The notes under the pieces were generated by a model that made no database searches, was not told where the DNA came from, and saw nothing but the letters and a program-made list of their open reading frames with translations. This document shows positions 27,567-38,900 of a stretch of DNA of 64,000 bases, piece after piece. The position numbers were made by a program, and so were the translations under genes. Numbering within the stretch: position 1 is the stretch's first letter; every line of letters starts with the position of its first letter. Source of the DNA: Azolla caroliniana (lineage: Eukaryota; Plantae; Polypodiophyta); NCBI GenBank assembly GCA_043228905.1, contig JBHGNT010000024.1:434001-498000 (forward strand), read 5' to 3'.

Positions 27567-30500
27567 GTAAATTAAAATGTTCATACCTGGCTCGTGTGAT
27601 ATCGGATTTTTGTGTTCAAACATGCGAATCGAAGCTAACAACGCTACCTATGATATGGAATTAAAAAATCAAGATTTTGAAACTCAGGTCGAGAGACATG
27701 ACGAAATTACCAAATTTGAGGAGTGAGTTGAGAGGCGCCCTTGAGTAAATTAAAATGTTCATACCTGCGGCTCGTGTGATATCGGAGTTTTGTTGTCAAA
27801 CATGCGAATCGAAGCTAACAACGCTAGCTATGATATGGAATTAAAAAATCAAGAATTTGAAACTCAGGTCGAGAGACATGACGAAATTACCAAATTTGAG
27901 GAGTGAGTTGAGAAGAGGTAGTAGGTAAATTAAAATGTTCATACCTGGCTCGTGTCATCTCGACCTGTGTTCAAACATGCGAATCGAAGCTAACAACGCT
28001 ACCTATGATATGGAATTAAAAAATCAAGATTTTGAAACTCAGGTCGAGAGACATGACGAAAATAGCAAACTTGAGGAAGGAGTTGAGAGGAGCCCTTGAG
28101 TAAATTAAAATGTTCATACCTGGCTCGTGTGATATCGGATTTTTGTGTTAAAACATGCGAATCTAAGCTAACAACGCTAGCTATGATATGGAATTAAAAA
28201 ATCAAGATTTTGAAACTCAGGTCGAGAGACATGACGAAAATAGCAAACTTGAGGAGGGAGTTGAGAGGAGCCCTTGAGTAAATTAAAATGTTCATACCTG
28301 GCTCGTGTGATATCGGATTCTTGTGTTCAAACATGCGATTCGAAGCTGGCGACACTACCTATGATATGGAATTAAAAAATCAAGATTTTGAAACTCAGGT
28401 CGAGAGACATGACGAAAATAGCAAACTTGAGGAGGTAGTTGAGAAGAGCTAGTAGGTAAATTAAAATGTTCATACCGGGCTCGTGTGATATCGGATTTTT
28501 GTGTTCAATCATGCCAATCGAAGCAAACAACGCTAGCTATGATATGGAATTAAAAAATCAAGATTTTGAAACTCAGGTCGAGAGACATGACGAAAATAGC
28601 AAACTTGAGGAGGGAGTTGAGAAGAGCTAGTAGGTAAATTAAAATGTTCATACCTGGCTCGTGTGATATCGGATTTTTGTGTTCAATCATGCAAATCGAA
28701 GCTAGCAACGCTAGCTATGATATGGAATTAAAAAATCAAGATTTTGAAACTCAGGTCGAGAGACATGAGGAAAATAGCAAACTTGAGGAGGGAGTTGAGA
28801 AGAGCTAGTAGGTAAATGAAAATGTTCATACCTGGCTCGTGTGATATCGGATTTTTGTGTTCAATCATGCAAATCGAAGCAAACAACGCTAGCTATGATA
28901 TGGAATTAAAAAATCAAGATTTTGAAACTCAGGTCGAGAGACATGACGAAAATAGCAAACTTGAGGAGGGAGTTGAGAAGAGCTAGTAGGTAAATTAAAA
29001 TGTTCATACCTGGCTCGTGTGATATCGGATTTTTGTGTTCAATCATGCAAATCGAAGCAAACAACGCTAGCTATGATATGGAATTAAAAAAAGAAGATTT
29101 TGAAACTCAGGTCGAGAGACATGACGAAAATAGCAAACTTGAGGAGGGAGTTGAGAAGAGCTAGTAGGTAAATTAAAATGTTCATACCTGGCTCGTGTGA
29201 TATCGGATTTTTGTGTTCAACCATGCAAATCGAAGCTAGCAACGCTAGCTATGATATGGAATTAAAAAATCAGGATTTTGAAACTCAGGTCGAGAGACAT
29301 GACGAAAATAGCAAACTTGAGGAGGGAGTTGAGAAGAGCTAGTAGGTAAATTAAAATGTTCATACCTGGCTCGTGTGATATCGGATTTTTGTGTTCAACC
29401 ATGCAAATCGAAGCTAGCAACGCTAGCTATGATATGGAATTAAAAAATCAGGATTTTGAAACTCAGGTCGAGAGACATGACGAAAATAGCAAACTTGAGG
29501 AGGGAGTTGAGAAGAGCTAGTAGGTAAATTAAAATGTTCATACCTGGCTCGTGTGATATCGGATTTTTGTGTTCAACCATGCAAATCGAAGCTAGCAACG
29601 CTAGCTATGATATGGAATTAAAAAATCAAGATTTTGAAACTCAGGTCGAGAGACATGACGAAAATAGCAAACTTGAGGAGGGAGTTGAGAAGAGCTAGTA
29701 GGTAAATTAAAATGTTCATACCTGGCTCGTGTGATATCGGATTTCTGTGTTCAATCATGCAAATCGAAGCTAACAACGCTACCTATGATATGGAATTAAA
29801 AAAACAAGATTTTGAAACTCAGGTCGAGAGACATGACGAAAATAGCAAACCTGAGGAGGGAGTTGAGAAGAGCTAGTAGGTAAATTAAAATGTTCATACC
29901 GGGCTCGTGTGATATCGGATGTTTGTGTTCAATCATGCAAATCGAAGCTAGCAACGCTAGCTATGATATGGAATTAAAAAATCAAGATTTTGAAACTCAG
30001 ATCGAGAGACATGACGAAAATAGCAAACTTGAGGACTGAGTTGAGAAGAGCTAGTAGGTAAATAAAAATGTTCATACCTAGCTCGTGTGATATCAGATTT
30101 TTGTGTTCAAACATGCGAATCGAAGCTAACAACGCTACCTATGATATGGAATTAAAAAATCAAGATTTTGAAACTCAGGTCGAGAGACATGACGAAAATA
30201 GCAAACTTGAGGAGGGAGTTGAGAAGAGCTAGTAGGTAAATTAAAATGTTCATACCGGGCTCGTGTGATATCGGATTTTTGTGTTCAATCATGCCAATCG
30301 AAGCAAACAACGCTAGCTATGATATGGAATTAAAAAATCAAGATTTTGAAACTCAGGTCGAGAGACATGACGAAAATAGCAAACTTGAGGAGGGAGTTGA
30401 GAAGAGCTAGTAGGTAAATTAAAATGTTCATACCTGGCTCGTGTGATATCGGATTTTTGTGTTCAAACATGCGAATCGAAGCTAACAACGCTACCTATGA

Positions 30501-33313
30501 TATGGAATTAAAAAATCAAGATTTTGAAACTCAGGTCGAGAGACATGACGAAATTACCAAATTTGAGGAGTGAGTTGAGAGGCGCCCTTGAGTAAATTAA
30601 AATGTTCATACCTGCGGCTCGTGTGATATCGGAGTTTTGTTGTCAAACATGCGAATCGAAGCTAACAACGCTAGCTATGATATGGAATTAAAAAATCAAG
30701 AATTTGAAACTCAGGTCGAGAGACATGACGAAATTACCAAATTTGAGGAGTGAGTTGAGAAGAGGTAGTAGGTAAATTAAAATGTTCATACCTGGCTCGT
30801 GTCATCTCGACCTGTGTTCAAACATGCGAATCGAAGCTAACAACGCTACCTATGATATGGAATTAAAAAATCAAGATTTTGAAACTCAGGTCGAGAGACA
30901 TGACGAAAATAGCAAACTTGAGGAAGGAGTTGAGAGGAGCCCTTGAGTAAATTAAAATGTTCATACCTGGCTCGTGTGATATCGGATTTTTGTGTTAAAA
31001 CATGCGAATCTAAGCTAACAACGCTAGCTATGATATGGAATTAAAAAATCAAGATTTTGAAACTCAGGTCGAGAGACATGACGAAAATAGCAAACTTGAG
31101 GAGGGAGTTGAGAGGAGCCCTTGAGTAAATTAAAATGTTCATACCTGGCTCGTGTGATATCGGATTCTTGTGTTCAAACATGCGATTCGAAGCTGGCGAC
31201 ACTACCTATGATATGGAATTAAAAAATCAAGATTTTGAAACTCAGGTCGAGAGACATGACGAAAATAGCAAACTTGAGGAGGTAGTTGAGAAGAGCTAGT
31301 AGGTAAATTAAAATGTTCATACCGGGCTCGTGTGATATCGGATTTTTGTGTTCAATCATGCCAATCGAAGCAAACAACGCTAGCTATGATATGGAATTAA
31401 AAAATCAAGATTTTGAAACTCAGGTCGAGAGACATGACGAAAATAGCAAACTTGAGGAGGGAGTTGAGAAGAGCTAGTAGGTAAATTAAAATGTTCATAC
31501 CTGGCTCGTGTGATATCGGATTTTTGTGTTCAATCATGCAAATCGAAGCTAGCAACGCTAGCTATGATATGGAATTAAAAAATCAAGATTTTGAAACTCA
31601 GGTCGAGAGACATGAGGAAAATAGCAAACTTGAGGAGGGAGTTGAGAAGAGCTAGTAGGTAAATGAAAATGTTCATACCTGGCTCGTGTGATATCGGATT
31701 TTTGTGTTCAATCATGCAAATCGAAGCAAACAACGCTAGCTATGATATGGAATTAAAAAATCAAGATTTTGAAACTCAGGTCGAGAGACATGACGAAAAT
31801 AGCAAACTTGAGGAGGGAGTTGAGAAGAGCTAGTAGGTAAATTAAAATGTTCATACCTGGCTCGTGTGATATCGGATTTTTGTGTTCAATCATGCAAATC
31901 GAAGCAAACAACGCTAGCTATGATATGGAATTAAAAAAAGAAGATTTTGAAACTCAGGTCGAGAGACATGACGAAAATAGCAAACTTGAGGAGGGAGTTG
32001 AGAAGAGCTAGTAGGTAAATTAAAATGTTCATACCTGGCTCGTGTGATATCGGATTTTTGTGTTCAACCATGCAAATCGAAGCTAGCAACGCTAGCTATG
32101 ATATGGAATTAAAAAATCAGGATTTTGAAACTCAGGTCGAGAGACATGACGAAAATAGCAAACTTGAGGAGGGAGTTGAGAAGAGCTAGTAGGTAAATTA
32201 AAATGTTCATACCTGGCTCGTGTGATATCGGATTTTTGTGTTCAACCATGCAAATCGAAGCTAGCAACGCTAGCTATGATATGGAATTAAAAAATCAGGA
32301 TTTTGAAACTCAGGTCGAGAGACATGACGAAAATAGCAAACTTGAGGAGGGAGTTGAGAAGAGCTAGTAGGTAAATTAAAATGTTCATACCTGGCTCGTG
32401 TGATATCGGATTTTTGTGTTCAACCATGCAAATCGAAGCTAGCAACGCTAGCTATGATATGGAATTAAAAAATCAAGATTTTGAAACTCAGGTCGAGAGA
32501 CATGACGAAAATAGCAAACTTGAGGAGGGAGTTGAGAAGAGCTAGTAGGTAAATTAAAATGTTCATACCTGGCTCGTGTGATATCGGATTTCTGTGTTCA
32601 ATCATGCAAATCGAAGCTAACAACGCTACCTATGATATGGAATTAAAAAAACAAGATTTTGAAACTCAGGTCGAGAGACATGACGAAAATAGCAAACCTG
32701 AGGAGGGAGTTGAGAAGAGCTAGTAGGTAAATTAAAATGTTCATACCGGGCTCGTGTGATATCGGATGTTTGTGTTCAATCATGCAAATCGAAGCTAGCA
32801 ACGCTAGCTATGATATGGAATTAAAAAATCAAGATTTTGAAACTCAGATCGAGAGACATGACGAAAATAGCAAACTTGAGGACTGAGTTGAGAAGAGCTA
32901 GTAGGTAAATAAAAATGTTCATACCTAGCTCGTGTGATATCAGATTTTTGTGTTCAAACATGCGAATCGAAGCTAACAACGCTACCTATGATATGGAATT
33001 AAAAAATCAAGATTTTGAAACTCAGGTCGAGAGACATGACGAAAATAGCAAACTTGAGGAGGGAGTTGAGAAGAGCTAGTAGGTAAATTAAAATGTTCAT
33101 ACCGGGCTCGTGTGATATCGGATTTTTGTGTTCAATCATGCCAATCGAAGCAAACAACGCTAGCTATGATATGGAATTAAAAAATCAAGATTTTGAAACT
33201 CAGGTCGAGAGACATGACGAAAATAGCAAACTTGAGGAGGGAGTTGAGAAGAGCTAGTAGGTAAATTAAAATGTTCATACCTGGCTCGTGTGATATCGGA
33301 TTTTTGTGTTCAA
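27567..33313. repeat. 16-monomer higher-order repeat (2847 bp = 16x178-1), two tandem copies: 27567-30413 and 30414-33260
   Basis: CCTGCGG at 27764/30611, TCTCGACCTG at 27958/30805 and AGATCGAG at 29999/32846, all offset 2847. Confidence 0.93.
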
Positions 33314-35559
33314 TCATGCAAATCGAAGCAAACAACGCTAGCTATGATATGGAATTAAAAAATCAAGATTTTGAAACTCAGGTCGAGAGACATGACGAAA
33401 ATAGCAAACTTGAGGAGGGAGTTGAGAAGAGCTAGTAGGTAAATTAAAATGTTCATACCTGGCTCGTGTGATATCGGATTTTTGTGTTCAATCATGCAAA
33501 TCGAAGCAAACAACGCTAGCTATGATATGGAATTAAAAAATCAAGATTTTGAAACTCAGGTCGAGAGACATGACGAAAATAGCAAACTTGAGGAGGGAGT
33601 TGAGAGGAGCCCTTGAGTAAATTAAAATGTTCATACCTGGCTCGTGTGATATCGGATTTTTCTGTTCAACCATGCAAATCGAAGCTAGCAACGCTAGCTA
33701 TGATATGGAATTAAAAAATCAGGATTTTGAAACTCAGGTCGAGAGACATGACGAAAATAGCAAACTTGAGGAGGGAGTTGAGAAGAGCTAGTAGGTAAAT
33801 TAAAATGTTCATACCTGGCTCGTGTGATATCGGATTTTTGTGTTCAATCATGCAAATCGAAGCTAACAACGCTAGCTATGATATGGAATTAAAAAAACAA
33901 GATTTTGAAACTCAGGTCGAGAGACATGACGAAAATAGCAAACTTGAGGAGGGAGTTGAGAAGAGCTAGTAGGTAAATTAAAATGTTCATACCGGGCTCG
34001 TGTGATATCGTATTTTTGTGTTCAATCATGCAAATCGAAGCAAACAACGCTAGCTATGATATGGAATTAAAAAATCAAGATTTTGAAACTCAGGTCGAGA
34101 GACATGACGAAAATAGCAAACTTGAGAAGGGAGTTGAGAGGAGCCCTTGAGTAAATTAAAATGTTCATACCTGGCTCGTGTGATATCGGATTCTTGTGTT
34201 CAAACATGCGAATCGAAGCTAACAACGCTACCTATGATATGGAATTAAAAAATCAAGATTTTCAAACTCAGGTCGAGAGACATGACGAAAATAGCAAACT
34301 TGAGGAGGGAGTTGAGAGGAGCCCTTGAGTAAATTAAAATGTTCATACCTGGCTCGTGTGATATCGGATTTTTGTGTTCAACCATGCAAATCGAAGCTAG
34401 CAACGCTAGCTATGATATGGAATTAAAAAATCAAGATTTTGAAACTCAGGTCGAGAGACATGACGAAAATAGCAAACTTGAGGAGGGAGTTGAGAGGAGC
34501 CCTTGAGTAAATTAAAATGTTCATACCTGGCTCGTGTGATATCGGATTTTTGTGTTCAAACATGCGAATCGAAGCTGGCGACGCTACCTATGATATGGAA
34601 TTAAAAAATCAAGATTTTGAAACTCAGGTCGAGAGACATGACGAAAATAGCAAACTTGAGGAGGGAGTTGAGAAGAGCTAGTAGGTAAATGAAAATGTTC
34701 ATACCTGGCTCGTGTGATATCGGATTTCTGTGTTCAATCATGCAAATCGAAGCTAACAACGCTACCTATGATATGGAATTAAAAAAACAAGATTTTGAAA
34801 CTCAGGTCGAGAGACATGACGAAAATAGCAAACTTGAGGAGGGAGTTGAGAGGAGCCCTTGAGTAAATTAAAATGTTCATACCTGGCTCGTGTGATATCG
34901 GATTCTTGTGTTCAAACATGCGAATCGAAGCTAACAACGCTACCTATGATATAGAATTAAAAAATCAAGATTTTGAAACTCAGGTCGAGAGACATGACGA
35001 AAATAGCAAACTTGAGGAGGGAGTTGAGAGGAGCCCTTGAGTAAATTAAAATGTTCATACCTGGCTCGTGTGATATCGGATTTTTGTGTTCAAACATGTG
35101 AATCGAAGCTAGCGACGCTACCTATGATATGGAATTAAAAAATCAAGATTTTGAAACTCAGGTCGAGAGACATGACGAAATTACCAAATTTGAGGAGTGA
35201 GTTGAGAAGAGGTAGTAGGTAAATTAAAATGTTCATACCTGGCTCGTGTCATATCGGATTTTTGTGTTAAAACATGCGAATCGAAGCTAACAACGCTAGC
35301 TATGATATGGAATTAAAAAATCAAGATTTTGAAACTCAGGTCGAGAGACATGACGAAAATAGCAAACTTGAGGAGGGAGTTGAGAGGAGCCCTTGACAAA
35401 ATTAAAATGTTCATACCTGGCTCGTGTGATATCGGATTCTTGTGTTCAAACATGCGATTCGAAGCTGGCGACACTACCTATGATATGGAATTAAAAAATC
35501 AAGATTTTGAAACTCAGGTCGAGAGACATGACGAAAATAGCAAACTTGAGGAGGTAGTT

Positions 35560-38500
35560 GAGAAGAGCTAGTAGGTAAATTAAAATGTTCATACCTGGCT
35601 CGTGTGATATCGGATTCTTGTGTTCAAACATGCGAATCGAAGCTAACAACGCTACCTATGATATGGAAATAAAAAATCAAGATTTTGAAACTCAGGTCGA
35701 GAGACATGACGAAAATAGCAAACTTGAGGAGGGAGTTGAGAGGAGCCCTTGAGTAAATTAAAATGTTCATACCTGGCTCGTGTGATATAGGATTTTTGTG
35801 TTCAACCATGCAAATCGAAGCTAGCAACGCTAGCTATGATATGGAATTAAAAAATCAAGATTTTGAAACTCAGGTCGAGAGACATGAGGAAAATAGCAAA
35901 CTTGAGGAGGGAGTTGAGAAGAGCTAGTAGGTAAATGAAAATGTTCATACCTGGCTCGTGTGATATCGGATTTTTGTGTTCAATCATGCAAATCGAAGCA
36001 AACAACGCTAGCTATGATATGGAATTAAAAAATCAAGATTTTGAAACTCAGGTCGAGAGACATGACGAAAATAGCAAACTTGAGGAGGGAGTTGAGAAGA
36101 GCTAGTAGGTAAATTAAAATGTTCATACCCGGCTCGTGTGATATCGGATTTTTGTGTTCAATCATGCAAATCGAAGCAAACAACGCTAGCTATGATATGG
36201 AATTAAAAAAAGAAGATTTTGAAACTCAGGTCGAGAGACATGACGAAAATAGCAAACTTGAGGAGGGAGTTGAGAAGAGCTAGTAGGTAAATTAAAATGT
36301 TCATACCTGGCTCGTGTGATATCGGATTTTTGTGTTCAACCATGCAAATCGAAGCTAGCAACGCTAGCTATGATATGGAATTAAAAAATCAGGATTTTGA
36401 AACTCAGGTCGAGAGACATGACGAAAATAGCAAACTTGAGGAGGGAGTTGAGAAGAGCTAGTAGGTAAATTAAAATGTTCATACCTGGCTCGTGTGATAT
36501 CGGATTTTTGTGTTCAACCATGCAAATCGAAGCTAGCAACGCTAGCTATGATATGGAATTAAAAAATCAGGATTTTGAAACTCAGGTCGAGAGACATGAC
36601 GAAAATAGCAAACTTGAGGAGGGAGTTGAGAAGAGCTAGTAGGTAAATTAAAATGTTCATACCTGGCTCGTGTGATATCGGATTTTTGTGTTCAACCATG
36701 CAAATCGAAGCTAGCAACGCTAGCTATGATATAGAATTAAAAAATCAAGATTTTGAAACTCAGGTCCAGAGACATGACGAAAATAGCAAACTTGAGGAGG
36801 GAGTTGAGAAGAGCTAGTAGGTAAATGAAAATGTTCATACCTGGCTCGTGTGATATCGGATTTCTGTGTTCAATCATGCAAATCGAAGCTAACAACGCTA
36901 GCTATGATATGGAATTAAAAAAACAAGATTTTGAAACTCAGGTCGAGAGACATGACGAAAATAGCAAACCTGAGGAGGGAGTTGAGAAGAGCTAGTAGGT
37001 AAATTAAAATGTTCATACCGGGCTTGTGTGATATCGGATTTTTGTGTTCAATCATGCAAATCGAAGCTAGCAACGCTAGCTATGATATGGAATTAAAAAA
37101 TCAAGATTTTGAAACTCAGGTCGAGAGACATGACGAAAATAGCAAACTTGAGGAGGGAGTTGAGAAGAGCTAGTAGGTAAATTAAAATGTTCATACCGGG
37201 CTCGTGTGATATCGGATTTTTGTGTTCAATCATGCAAATCGAAGCAAACAACGCTAGCTATGATATGGAATTAAAAAATCAAGATTTTGAAACTCAGGTC
37301 GAGAGACATGACGAAAATAGCAAACTTGAGGAGGGAGTTGAGAAGAGCTAGTAGGTAAATTAAAATGTTCATACCTGGCTCGTGTGATATCGGATTCTTG
37401 TGTTCAAACATGCGAATCGAAGCTAACAACGCTACCTATGATATGGAAATAAAAAATCAAGATTTTGAAACTCAGGTCGAGAGACATGACGAAAATAGCA
37501 AACTTGAGGAGGGAGTTGAGAGGAGCCCTTGAGTAAATTAAAATGTTCATACCTGGCTCGTGTGATATAGGATTTTTGTGTTCAACCATGCAAATCGAAG
37601 CTAGCAACGCTAGCTATGATATGGAATTAAAAAATCAAGATTTTGAAACTCAGGTCGAGAGACATGAGGAAAATAGCAAACTTGAGGAGGGAGTTGAGAA
37701 GAGCTAGTAGGTAAATGAAAATGTTCATACCTGGCTCGTGTGATATCGGATTTTTGTGTTCAATCATGCAAATCGAAGCAAACAACGCTAGCTATGATAT
37801 GGAATTAAAAAATCAAGATTTTGAAACTCAGGTCGAGAGACATGACGAAAATAGCAAACTTGAGGAGGGAGTTGAGAAGAGCTAGTAGGTAAATTAAAAT
37901 GTTCATACCCGGCTCGTGTGATATCGGATTTTTGTGTTCAATCATGCAAATCGAAGCAAACAACGCTAGCTATGATATGGAATTAAAAAAAGAAGATTTT
38001 GAAACTCAGGTCGAGAGACATGACGAAAATAGCAAACTTGAGGAGGGAGTTGAGAAGAGCTAGTAGGTAAATTAAAATGTTCATACCTGGCTCGTGTGAT
38101 ATCGGATTTTTGTGTTCAACCATGCAAATCGAAGCTAGCAACGCTAGCTATGATATGGAATTAAAAAATCAGGATTTTGAAACTCAGGTCGAGAGACATG
38201 ACGAAAATAGCAAACTTGAGGAGGGAGTTGAGAAGAGCTAGTAGGTAAATTAAAATGTTCATACCTGGCTCGTGTGATATCGGATTTTTGTGTTCAACCA
38301 TGCAAATCGAAGCTAGCAACGCTAGCTATGATATGGAATTAAAAAATCAGGATTTTGAAACTCAGGTCGAGAGACATGACGAAAATAGCAAACTTGAGGA
38401 GGGAGTTGAGAAGAGCTAGTAGGTAAATTAAAATGTTCATACCTGGCTCGTGTGATATCGGATTTTTGTGTTCAACCATGCAAATCGAAGCTAGCAACGC

Positions 38501-38900
38501 TAGCTATGATATAGAATTAAAAAATCAAGATTTTGAAACTCAGGTCGAGAGACATGACGAAAATAGCAAACTTGAGGAGGGAGTTGAGAAGAGCTAGTAG
38601 GTAAATTAAAATGTTCATACCTGGCTCGTGTGATATCGGATTTCTGTGTTCAATCATGCAAATCGAAGCTAACAACGCTACCTATGATATGGAATTAAAA
38701 AAACAAGATTTTGAAACTCAGGTCGAGAGACATGACGAAAATAGCAAACCTGAGGAGGGAGTTGAGAAGAGCTAGTAGGTAAATTAAAATGTTCATACCG
38801 GGCTCGTGTGATATCGGATTTTTGTGTTCAATCATGCAAATCGAAGCTAGCAACGCTAGCTATGATATGGAATTAAAAAATCAAGATTTTGAAACTCAGG
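35560..38900. repeat. 10-monomer (1780 bp) tandem duplication, imperfect at its distal end
   Basis: GGAAATAAAA ~35665/37445, GATATAGG ~35784/37564, ACCCGG ~36127/37907; identical minus-strand ORFs at 35624 and 37404 (offset 1780). Confidence 0.88.

Larger units (their letters stand above)
16811..28436. repeat. Diverged transition zone with truncated monomers, small indels and rare variant classes
   Basis: 62-bp deletions at ~22451 and ~23812, 44-bp deletion at ~24236, +2 insertions (CCTGCGGCT) at ~21524, 26340, 27766, and many private substitutions. Boundaries approximate. Confidence 0.8.
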
